DNA of 64,000 bases from Camelus ferus. Lineage: Eukaryota. Below are positions 21,501 to 32,700 of this stretch, piece after piece; within the stretch, counting starts at the first letter, position 1, and every line of letters starts with the position of its first letter. The notes under the pieces are model-generated. The model worked only from the letters and a program-made list of their open reading frames with translations. It searched no databases and was not told where the DNA came from. The position numbers were made by a program, and so were the translations under genes. The stretch covers positions 71,920,001-71,984,000 of the forward strand of contig NC_045705.1 of assembly GCF_009834535.1 (NCBI RefSeq), in the 5' to 3' direction.

Positions 21501-24500
21501 GAGGAGTGGGGTCTGGTTCAGCCACCAGGGCCCCTGCCCTGTGCGAGGGGCCCAGACCTCTATGTGAGCTTTGTCCATCCCACATGGCTGCCTCTTAAGT
21601 AGACACATGTCATTCAGATCAATCAAATGACTTTGGGCAAACTGGCTCATTAGCAATTGGTCCGAAGGTGTGGTGGGCAGTGGGGCCGGACAACTGGACT
21701 GTGTCCCTGGCTGCCCATCAGGGCTACTCCAGACCTCCTGGAGGGGTGCGGGAGGGGCCCGAGGCCACGGCACCAGCTCCACGGCATTCCCTCCCCTCCC
21801 CAATCCCGCAGCCAGGCGCCCTTGTCCTGCAGCCCGGGCCCATCTACGCCGTGGACGGGGACTGGGCCATCAGCCAGCCCATTGTCTACAGCTTCATGAA
21901 GGGTGAGTGAGCACCAGCCCCCCAGCTTCTCTCCCCTCTAGGGGGCTGGCCACGTGGGCAGAGCCAGCTGGGGCCCTGGGACTTCAGGCCTCCGGAGGGT
22001 ACCGGGGCCCAAGCATCTCTCCATCCTCCCAGGACACGAGGACGGCACATTCTCCATTGATGCCAGCACAGGCAACCTCACCATGAGCAAGAGTGTCCCC
22101 AGCCCCAAGACCTTCCTTCTGGTGGTCAAGGTGAGTGCCTGCATAAGGCCAGGTCTCCAGGGGCCCTTCTTGGGCCGCAGGCTGCAGGGCTCCCCTGGAA
22201 GGACCTGCTGGTCACTGCTGCCTCCCCCACCCCCAGGGTGAGCAGGCAGACCACGGCCGGTACTCCGTGACCCAGGTCATGGTGGAGGCCCGAGATGCCA
22301 ACGGGAGCCTGCCCCGCTTCCCCGAGAGCCTGTACCGCGGCACCGTGGCGCGTGGTTCTGGGGTGGGCGTGGCCGTCAAGGATGCAGCTGCCCCTTCCCA
22401 GCCTCTGAGGATCCGGGCCCAGGACCCTGAGTTTCCAGTAGGCACCGTCGTGTCCCTGGGTCTGCCTGGCCTTCCTCTGGGGGTGGCTTCGGGGAGTTTG
22501 GGAAGCAGCTTGGACCCAGGACTCACTGGGGCCGTGTCCAGGACCTCAACTCGGCCATCACGTATCAAATCACCAACAACTCCAACTTCCGAATGGACGG
22601 GGAGGCAGTGCTGACCAACGCCTTGCTGGTGCACACCGGCGTCTTCTATGCAGAGGTGAGGGGTGGGCAGTATCTCCAGGGGCGGGGGTTAAGGTGGGGC
22701 CCAAGAGGGACAAGCCCTCTTCTGCCCAGGTTGAGGCCAAGAACACAGTGACCTCAGGCACAGCGACTACAGTCGTGGAGATTCAAGTCTCAGAACAGGA
22801 GCCCGCCCCCACAGGTAGGCCTCCCGGGGGTCCCAGGTTGGCGCAGGGAGGGCTTCTGGCTGGGGACAGTGGCAAGCCCGAGCCCTGTCCCTGGCTCCAG
22901 GCCCCCCCGACTCCCCCACATCCCCAGAGATGGCCGGAACGACCAGACCCTCAAGCAGCACCACTTTGGAAGTCCCCGGGCCCCCTGCACCCTCTCAGGG
23001 GCCCTCCACGACCAGCTCTGGAGGGGGTCCTGGCCCGTACCCCTCCTCAGGCACAACTCTGAGGCCATCTGCCTCCTCCATGCCTGGGGGGCCCTCCAGT
23101 GCGGGAACCAGCCCCTCCCCAACACCAGCCTCACCCAGTGGGGGCTCAGCACAGACCTCGAAACCAGGAACCTCTCCGCTGACGTCCCCTGGGCCCAGCA
23201 GGACCCCCTGGTCCTCAGGTAGCACCTCTATTTGCCCTAGAGTCACCCTTATGCCACCTGACTCTAGGTGGCCAGTGTAGGGCAGGGTCCGCCCCAGGTC
23301 GGCCTGGTGTGACCATACAGACCATGAAACCTCAAGGAGAGGTCTGCTGTGGTCTGGGGGACAGACAGGTCCTGGGGGAGCCCAGGACGTGAACTAGGGA
23401 AGGCGTGTGGAGGGCGGGACAGAGGCCAGATTTGGGATCCAGTGAACCCCTCAATTCTGGGGCCGTTCACCCCAATGGCCCCACATGGCCCTCATACCCC
23501 TTCCTGTGATACTGGACCCCCTGCCTTCCACCTGGAACTGGTGGCCTCTGACCCCCTTCTCCCCGCCCCCTTCAGGAGCCTGGCCTATCGGGCTCCTGGG
23601 GAACACACAGCTCCTTTGTGGGGGATCAAAAGTGCCACTCCCCAGAACCAGGCCTGCTTGTTCTCAGGGGGTCCCGAGCTTGCCACAGGTTGGCACGGGC
23701 GTGCCTGGGGTGTGGCAGTAAAGGGGCAGTGGTGGTGTCAGCAGGGACGTCTGGGGCAGGAGGAGGCAGCACTACAAACAAGCCAAGTGGGGACCAGCGC
23801 TTCTCAGCAGTGGAGATGGCGGCGCTGGGTGGGGTGCTGGGGGCGCTGCTCCTTCTGGCTCTGATCGCCCTCATGGTCCTGGTCCACAAGCTCTACGGCC
23901 ACCGACTCAAGTGCTGCTCTGGCAAAGCTCTGGTGAGGCCCTGGGTTGGGAACAGGACTGGAGAGGGCCAACTGAGAGACAGAGGAGAGTGAACAGGCAG
24001 GCCGAGATAGGCATCAAGAGGACGGAGCAACAGATTGGGGGGCAGTGGAGAGGCTGCGGGATGGAAACCAGGAGTCAGTCCAGGAGAGGAGTGATGCGGT
24101 GGAGTCCAAAGGATGGGAAGGGGGCAGAGAGAGGCAGAGCACAGGGAGGGACTAGTGTCCTGTCTCTGGGGAGGGGAGGACTGGGCCAAGCCAGGGCAGG
24201 CTTGGTTGACCTCTGGCTCCCTCTGCCCCAGGAGCCCCAGCCCCAAGGCTTTGACAACCAGGCTTTCGTCAGCGAGGAGGCTAACTGGGCACCGGCCCCT
24301 AGCCCCTCACCCAGACCCGGCCGGCCCCCAACCCCAGAGCCTGTGACCCCGGGGCCCACGTCCCCCAGCCCTGCCACCCTCCATCATGTCCCCGAGTCCC
24401 CAGCAGCGGCCCGGGATGGGGAAGACCCTGCAGCCGTCAGGTCCATCCTGACCAAGGAGCGGCGCCCTGAAGGTGGCTACAAGGCCGTGTGGTTTGGCGA

Positions 24501-24663
24501 GGACATCGGGGCAGAGGCTGACGTGGTGGTCCTCAACGAGCCCGCCTCGGAAGCAGACGGCGCGGGCGACTCAGGCAGCGAGGGCAGCGGCGACGCGGGC
24601 TCGGACGCAGGACCGGGCAGGGGTACGGAGGACCCGCCAGGCGCTGACTCCATCTACTTCTAG
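18545..24663 (+). CDS. CDHR5: Cadherin-related family member 5 (mu-protocadherin), ~761 aa, 15 exons
   Basis: Exons 18545-18599, 18676-18851, 19162-19212, 20423-20515, 20660-20761, 20865-20975, 21079-21249, 21812-21902, 22033-22130, 22237-22437, 22542-22655, 22730-22814, 22901-23218 (mucin-like), ~23745-23932 (TM; acceptor uncertain), 24232-24663. Cadherin motif LDVNDNAPQF, TM AALGGVLGALLLLALIALMVLV, tail ILTKERRPEGGYKAVWFGEDIG. Confidence 0.95.
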
Positions 24664-24733
24664 CGTGGCCTCCCCGCCTCCCCCTCTGGACCCGAGTCAG
24701 CCTGGCCCTTCTCCCCGTCCCCTCATTGCGCAG

Positions 24734-24739
24734 AATAAA
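24734..24739 (+). terminator. CDHR5 poly(A) signal AATAAA
   Basis: Canonical hexamer ~70 nt after the stop codon. Confidence 0.85.
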
Positions 24740-25739
24740 GTGACATTTTTAGATCAGCGGCGGTGTGTAGGGCCTTCCCCGAGCGGCTGCCGGTGGGGGT
24801 GGTCGCGACGAGGCCCATTCGCTCAGCGCCGGGCAGCGAGTCCTCCGGGAACACGCCGGGTGCGCAGCGGGGGCGGAGTCGCGTCCGGCCGGCCGAAAGC
24901 GCCCGGCGCTGTTTCCCGTAAACCACCTGCTGTGCCCGCGGGGCCACGGGGCTTCCCAGGCTTGGTAGCAGCTGGTGGTGGCCAGGAAGTTCCTCTCTTG
25001 GTCTAACCACCGCCGAGGAGGGGGGACCTTGACCTCCAGACCCACCACGGAGATTCTTCCCGTGGGGGAGGATGAGGAGCCACCTGGCCAGGGGCCACCC
25101 TCGGGAACACTCATCTGGGAGAGCAAGGTCCTGGGGACCTTCCGGTGGGTCACAGCCGTACGCCTGTGGGCTACAGTGTGGGCAGTAAGCACCCCGTGGC
25201 GCCCCACTAATCCAGGTGCCTGGACTGTGACCCGCGGTGTTGGGGGTGGGGGTGTGGCCCACCCAGTGCGACAGTGGCCTTCAGGCCACGGGCACAGGGG
25301 TGGCGGGTGTGCGGCACAGGGTCGAGGCAGGCAGTGGGGGGACCCAGGGCCAGGGACTGGGGACAGAGCCCCCTCCGCTGGCTTCCGCACGAGCGGACTT
25401 CAGGCAGGACTTCCGCCCCGACTACCACCCTCCCTCAAGGGTCACTGGCGTTTTTCCTCATGAAAAGGCATTACGAATTCCTTTCCAAATATTTTAATCT
25501 CGACCGTATTTGAGTACCTTGCCTGAGCAGTTCTCACTGGTAAGAACCCAAAGAACACAGCTGCCGCTCCTCCCCCGCACCCTCATCACCCACTTGTCTG
25601 CTCAGCGAAGTGCGGGTTTCCTTCCTGGAGCCCCAGCTTATCCCACTGCCTGTCCCACCACGTCGGGTGCGGGAGCCCCAGTCCCCCAGAGCGCCGGGTG
25701 AGGGAGAGCATCGGCTGGACCCGGCAGCGGCTGTGCAGG

Positions 25740-26200
25740 CGGGCCGCCAGGACCCCCTGCGGCCCCGCCCCCGCCCACCGGAGCACGTGACTTCCTCTGC
25801 TGCACCTGGAGCTCCGCGCAGCCCGGCCCCCCCCCGGCCCCGCCCCCGGCCTCGCCAGCATAAAAGCGCTTGCTTTGGCGTGTTCGGAGATGCGATTTCG
25901 TGCTCCGGTCGTTTCAGCGCCAGGTACTCGGGACTCACGCGGAAGCAGAGGGGCAGTGACGGCCGCGTCGGACCACGCGTTCGCTCCGTGGAGCAGTGGC
26001 CGGGAGGGGGCAGGCAGCGCGGGTGACGGCGGCGGGGCACGGATCCAGAATTGGGGGAACTGGATGCGGGGGTCACGGTCGCTGAGGACCTGCGGGGTGG
26101 GCGAGAGGGGAAGGGAGAGGGGCGTCTGCCAGCCCCGCGGCCCAGTGGGTTAGGTTTTGTTTTCCTGCAACGTGAGGTTTCGTTTTCCTGCGGCAGTTCC
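25740..26200 (+). promoter_or_regulatory. IRF7 CpG-island promoter: E-box CACGTG 25784-25789, GC boxes, TATA-like CATAAAA ~25859, ISRE GGTTTCGTTTTCC 26176-26188 and a second ISRE-like copy 26151-26166
   Basis: Motifs seen directly; IRF7 is an established interferon-inducible gene with an ISRE in its 5' region. Confidence 0.75.
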
Positions 26201-26491
26201 GTCGCGCCCCCGCAGGGCCTACCCGGCCGCCGGCTCGACACCTGTGGCCCCTCGTGCGCGCGCTCGCCGTATCTGTAGTCACACCTATCACCGCTTTGGC
26301 CAGGACTCACACTCGAGCAACGTCGTGGCCATCAGCCCTCAATTCCCATCTGTAATCCTCAACACCGGTGACATCTGGCCACACTCGCAACCTTCTTCTC
26401 ACCTGCGGTAGTACCTGACTCTGCGCCCGTGACAACACTCGCCGCGGAGGGTGCGCCGGCCCCTCCCCGCCCAGCCCCTGCAGAGGGAGCA

Positions 26492-29053
26492 ATGGCCGTG
26501 GCTCAGGACAGGTGAGAGCTCCCCGCCCTGCCCGGCGCAGACCCCACGCACCCGGCGGCCTGCGCGCGCCCTGATAACCCGGCTGCCCTGTCTGCAGTGG
26601 GGCCCCGCGCGTGCTCTTCGGAGACTGGCTTCTGGCCGAGGTCAGCAGCGGCCGCTATGAGGGGCTACGGTGGCTGGACGCTGCCCGAACGCGCTTCCGC
26701 GTGCCCTGGAAGCACTTCGCGCGAAAGGACCTGGGTGAAGCAGATTCGCGCATCTTTAAGGTGGGACCGCAATCCCGCCGGGGACCCGGGGGTAGGGGTA
26801 GGGCAGTCCCAGATCCATGGATCCAGGCCACGTCCTCCACTCCCTCTCAATCCCCAGGCCTGGGCCGTGGCCCGCGGCAGGTGGCCGCCCTGCAGCAGCG
26901 GTGCCAGGTCATCCAACGAGGGTGCGCTCCGAGCCTCCTGGAAAACCAACTTCCGCTGCGCCCTGCGCAGCACTGGGCGCTTCGTGATGTTGCAAGACAA
27001 CTCAGCTGACCCTACCGACCCGCATAAGGTGTACATGATCAGCCCTGAGCTGGGGTGCAGAGGTGAGGAAAGCCCCAGGAGGGCTGCAGGAGGATGGGCT
27101 GGGCGCAGTGGAATGTGCTTCGGAGGGCCTTGGGACTTTGCTCTGTCCTGGGAGCAGTGCTGCATCAGATTTCTGGTTTTAGAGACTGGCGTGGGAGAGG
27201 CTGGAGCCAGGTTGCTGGGGACTGCTCAGGGGATCACTGGGAGGAAGCTGATGAGCTTACTGGGACTAGTGAAGGAGAGGTGCACGTTCCAGCTGTGAGG
27301 AGCTGCCCAGGGGTTCACACTCAGGAGTCCACTCCAGAGTCAGGTCCCAGTGTTTCTCCAAACCTTTCTTCTTCAGAAGACCCAGGCATTAACCAGGGGG
27401 AGGACAAAGCCCTTGAAGATGCCCCACTCACAAGGGTAAGGCTATTCTGCCCTCCTGGACCTTGGGTCAAGCAAGGGCTGCCAGCTCTTGCTGGGGCTGG
27501 GGGCTGCTTATTTAAGCTGGCATTGTCTTCCCCTGCAGGATGGGCTTCCTGGGCCATGCCAGGCAGCACATACTGGTGAGAGGCCAGGGCATGAACCGGC
27601 CTGGCTAAGCCCTGAGCCCTGCACTGCAAACCCAAGTGAGCACGCTGGGGACCTCTTGCTCCAGGCTTTGCAGGAGAGCTCCCTGGAGGACCATCTGTTG
27701 AAAGCTGTATTGGGGGCGGATCCGATCCCCCGAGAGGCTCCTGGTAAGGGGCTGTGTTGGAGGGGGGTGCTCTGTCCTGCAGACTTCTGTGCCAAGGGGA
27801 GAGGCAGGCAGGGGAGAGAGGAGGCAGGGCCTGGGGGAGAGGGAGGCCCAGCAGGGATGGTGCGGGCTACAGGTGGGCCAGTATAGCTGATCCTCCTCAG
27901 GTCAGGCCCAGAGCTCCTCCCAGGGAGTGGGAGTGGCCACCGGCCTGTGGCTACTGCCCTAGGCCAAGATTATGGGGAAAAGGAGCCAGAGACCTGTGGA
28001 AGAGGGAGGAGCTGGGAGACCAGGTGCCAGCTTAGGCCTTTCTCTCTAGCTGCAGGGCCCCCCCTGGTCCCAGAGCCCAGACAGCTCCCAGACGTGGAGC
28101 TTGGCACGACACCCTCCTCTGGTGCCTGCACCCCAATGGCAGGTGAGCACCCGGCTGGTCCCAGGTGCTCCCAGGTCTGTCTGCACGAAGAGCCCAGCCT
28201 GGGGGCCCTGGACTTGACCATCATGTACAAGGGCCGAACAGTGCTGCAGGAGGTGGTGGGGCGCCCAGGCTGTGTGCTCCTGTATGGCTCCCCCAGCCTG
28301 GCTGCTGAGGCTGCAGAGCCCCAGCGTGTGGCCTTCCCCAGCCCTGCTGAGTTGCCCGACCAGAAGCAGCTGCACTACACAGAGAAGCTGCTGCAGCACG
28401 TGGCCCCTGGCCTGCAGCTGGAGCTCCGGGGGCCGTGGCTGTGGGCCCGGCGCCAGGGGAAATGCAAGGTCTACTGGGAAGTGGGTGGGCCCCTGGGCTC
28501 TGCCAGCCCCTCCACCCCAGCCCGCCTGCTGCCCCGAGACTGCAACACCCCCATCTTTGACTTCGGCACCTTCTTTCAAGGTCAGTGAAGCACCTGCCCT
28601 GGGGCTGAGGTCCTCCCAGCCTGCCCCCCTGCCCCCTGCTCACCAGAGCCCGGTCCTGTCCTGCAGAGCTGGGGGAGTTCCGTGCCCGCCGGCGCCAAGG
28701 CTCCCCACACTACACGATCTACCTGGGCTTTGGCCAGGACCTGTCGGTGGTGAGGCCCAAGGAGAAGAACCTGGTCCTCGTGAAGGTGAGGTGCAGGGGT
28801 CCCCAGGGTGGGGCTGCACACAGCCCCACCGGGCCTGACAGCGCCCTCCCCACAGCTGGAGCCATGGCTGTGCCGGGCATACCTGGAGGGCGTGCAGCGT
28901 GAAGGCGTGTCCTCCCTGGACAGCGGCAGCCTCGGCCTCTGCCTGTCCAGTTCTGACAGCCTCTATGACGACCTAGAGCACTTCCTGGAGCACTTCCTGA
29001 TGGAGTGGGGCAGCCCGCCTAGGGCGGACCCCGGCCCCTTCGGGGTCCAGTAG
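26492..29053 (+). CDS. IRF7: Interferon regulatory factor 7, 499 aa as modelled
   Basis: Coding exons 26492-26511, 26598-26760, 26858-27062, 27377-27435, 27539-27743, 28050-28580, 28667-28785, 28856-29053. Trp-repeat DNA-binding domain (LFGDWLL...RVPWKHF...WKTNFRCAL), IAD ([20 protein letters not shown]), Ser-rich [21 protein letters not shown]. Confidence 0.96.
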
Positions 29054-29638
29054 AAACCCAAGAGCCAGCATTGTGTCCTGACCAGAGGTGGGCTTGGGGC
29101 TGGGGCTCAGCAAAGGCACCGTGGACTCAAGCTCACCCCACTTCCTGGGGGCCCAAGGAGGGAGCACCCCACTCTTTTCACAGTGAAGAAACGCAGGCCC
29201 CACTTTAGAGCCAACAAACTACGCAAAGATCCCAACTGTCCCTCAGGACACAGACACTGCTCTCCCTGCCAGGTGGCAACTGGGGCCCCTCCGTCGGGAG
29301 CAGGGCCTCTGTGCTGCACCTAGGGGCTGTCCCTGGCCTTTGAAATCTGCCAACACCACTCTGCCTCAGTGGAGCTGAGTATAGGCTTCAGCAACTCTTT
29401 ACAGAGCATAACAGAGATGGTATAAGGGCTCCCTGGACAAGGGCCAGGAGCACAGATGGCTGCCTGGGGGAGGCTGCCTGTGAGGGGGTCGAGGAAACCT
29501 CCCCACACCTCTGGCCCAGGACCTTCCTTGGTCACAAAGTTCACCTTTCAAGTACTGAGCCAACTGAGACATCTCTAAAGATAATCCATTTTTGATAAAT
29601 TAGAACACAGTGGGAACAGTGTGTATCTATAATGTACA

Positions 29639-29644
29639 AATAAA
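29639..29644 (+). terminator. First canonical AATAAA downstream of the IRF7 stop codon
   Basis: Manual scan of 29054-29638 found no AATAAA or ATTAAA; this site probably lies within the PHRF1 3' UTR on the opposite strand. Confidence 0.4.
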
Positions 29645-29778
29645 AAAAGTCTAGTTTTAAACTGTGAACAGGACAGGTGCACAGACCACGTGTGATCACA
29701 GGAACCCTGAAAACAGTTCTGGGTGTCCCCAGAATTTTCTGCTTCCTCCACTCCAGCCAGGACGGCGCTGGGCAGGCC

Positions 29779-32700
29779 TTAGCCCTCGGGGCCCGGGGCA
29801 GGCGGCTCCTCGCTGGCCTCGGCCCTCCGGTGTCTGCGCATGCGCCGGTACTTGTCCACGTAGGCCTTCACCAGGTTGCCCACCTTCACCGGGTTGATCT
29901 CCCCGCTCTTGCTATGGCAGATCTGGGGGGGGGGGCCAGTTACACAGATGTCCTTTCACACCCCACATGTTCAGTGACCACAGTGACTGGGCCCTGGGGA
30001 CCACGTGAGGGACAATGGGCAGCCTGAGGGTTCCATAGAGCCGGGCCAGCACATCATGACCACGAACCCCACCCTGGGCTGGAGAACGGGTCATCTCTCG
30101 GAGTCTTGCTTTCCCACACCTCATGCTACTCGGTCTATTTAACAAGTCATGAGGCCACTGCCGTGAGCCCCCATGACCACCTATGCGGTGCGGCTACAGG
30201 GAGACGGGCTGGCCTGGGGCACCCTTCTCCATGCTCACGGACCCCCGAGAGTGTCAGCAGGCAGGGTCTCGGCCCCCCAGGTGGCGACTGCCAAGCCCAC
30301 CTTCTGCACGGCCTTGCGAAGGATGTCCTTGTACTCGTCCTTTGTCACCTCCCTCTTCTGGTAGAAGGGTTTGATGGCCAGCTTCACCTCCTCCACGGCC
30401 CGTTCCTGCACGTGCAGCTTCTTCATGTACTGGGAGTGAGAACATGCATGTGACACCCACCCAGAGGCCTAGAGGGCCCTCTGGCCAGAGGCACAAGGCT
30501 TCCCATCATCCTGCCCCTGGAGGGAGGGGGGCAGGACTCACCTCCTCATTCTTGGCCTTCTCTGAGGCTGGCCTGGGAGCAGCTGTCCTCTCCTCAGAGT
30601 TGTTGGCAGTGGTGGTGGCAGTGGCGGCCGCGTGGCCAGGTGGCTCTGAGGCTGTGGTCAGGATGGCGGGTACAGGGGCTGGGCTCTGGGCCACCCCACA
30701 GCCCTCCAGGGGAAGGCTCCCCTGCAGGATGAACTGGACCGTGGGCTGGCTGACTGGTGCGTAGGGCGGGATGCTCAGAGGCAGAGCCAGGGCGGGAGGC
30801 AGGTTAGGGCCATATACCTGGGCAAGAACAAATCCCACTCAGCCTCTGTAGAGCTCCCGGCACCGCGCTCACCACCCTACTCCCCAGTCAGAGCCATGGC
30901 AGAAAGGGGGTGGCACTATGAGGTCTTCAGCCCCGACCTGGCCCAGCCAGCATGGCCTGGGCACGAGGCCACGTCCCTCCAGTCTAGGCGCCCACCTGAG
31001 AGGGGTTGGCATCGGGAAAGCCAGAGTCCGGAAGCACGTAACCAGGGGGAAGGGACTCAGAGAAAGGTGCCTGCTGGAACGCAGCCATGGGGCCCACGTC
31101 CTCGGTTTCCCGGACCCCTTCCCGGGGCTTCTGTGGTCTGTGGAGCGGCATCCCTGAGGGCCAAAACAGCAGGGGTGAGTGTTCTGTGGCCACCCCAGGC
31201 TAGAAGGCTGCTTCCTGGCTAGAAAGTTCCAGAAAAGCATCCCAGCAGCAAGGACCACTGGTCAGGCCGCAGCCATCCCTCTGTGTGAAGGAGGCCCGTG
31301 AGCCACCCACGGAGAAGACCACACGCCAACCCCCCACCCCGGGAAGTGCCTACTCACGCAGGCCTCTGTCCTCGGCTGGGGCACTGCTCTCTGCCTCCTG
31401 GAGGTTCCAGGTGACTCTCTTCACCAGAGCCTTAGCCCGTAGCAAGGGGTTCTGAGAAGGACCTTCCTCCTTCACCACGGGTGCCCCACCCACGGCCTGG
31501 CCACCCAGGGTGCTGGGCACTGTGGTGGCCTCAGCCATGTCCTGCGGGAGCAAGTGCTTCTCTTGGGGGCCTTCTGTCTGGGGCAGGAGCTGTGTGGCAT
31601 CTTCACTGTGGATCAGCGACACCTCCCTCCTGATGGCGGCCGTGGCCATGGCCAGGCTGGCGTCATGCTGCTGGCTGGTTGGAGGCACAGCAGGCTTGGG
31701 CAGGAGGCCTCGCTCTGGGGAGGAGTCCGTGCTCTCAGGGGAGGGCGGAGAGCTCATGTCATCAAGCTGCATGAAGATGGCTTCACTTGAAAAGTCCTCA
31801 AAGAGGTGGCCCGCCTCGACAGAGTCGCCGTAATCCAGGTCCTCGAGTGGACACTCGGCTAGCGCCTCTGGGACTGGGGCGGCCTTTGGGGGGCCCTTGT
31901 CCGTCTCGACCCCCTCCGGCAAGGCGTCTGCTCCTGCTGAGGCCGGGGGCCTGGCCAAGTGCTCCCTGTCTGGCCTGGGCTCCTCTGGGACAGGGGGCAC
32001 CGGAGAAGCCTCTTTCGGGGCCAGCTTCCTCTCCGGGGAGCGGGGGCGGGGCCGTGGGCGCTTCTCACGGGAACGAGGCCGCCGGTGCTCCCGGGACCTG
32101 TGCTCCAGGCTCGGTGACCTGGACCTGCGCTTCCTCCTCTCCCGGGAGCCACGCCTCTCTCGGGGCCGGTCCCTCCTTTCCCTGGGGTGCCTGGGCCTAC
32201 GGGACCTCTCCAGGCTGCTGGGGGGCGAGCACTCCCTCCCCCGAGACCTGGACCCGGACCTCCGCCTCTTCTTCCTCCTGCCTTCGCGGTGCTCGTAGGA
32301 GGAGCTGCCGGGGCTGCCGGAGCGGGACCTGCGCCGGCCTCGGCCCCAGGTGCCCCTCCTCCTCTCTCGGCTCTTGTCCTTGGCCTTCTTCCGCTTGGCT
32401 CGCTCATGGCTGCTGGAGCGGTCACTGGAAGACCTCCGGCTCCGGACCTTGGGTCGGTGCCTCTTAGCCGGGTCCTCACCCGCTGGTGGCGATGCCGACC
32501 GAGAGCTCCTGTCCCCAGAGTGGGACGAACGGGAACCGGAGCGGGCCCTCCCATGCTCCCTGCTGGCGGCCTGCTGCCTCTGGGTTTTCTTCCTGCTGCG
32601 GGAGCTGGACGTGGAGCGGGAGCGGGTGGGGGACCGCAGCTCCACGACCCTGTGGGTGGTTGTGTGCAAGGCGTTGGGGCTGGGTGGCACGTCCGGCTCC

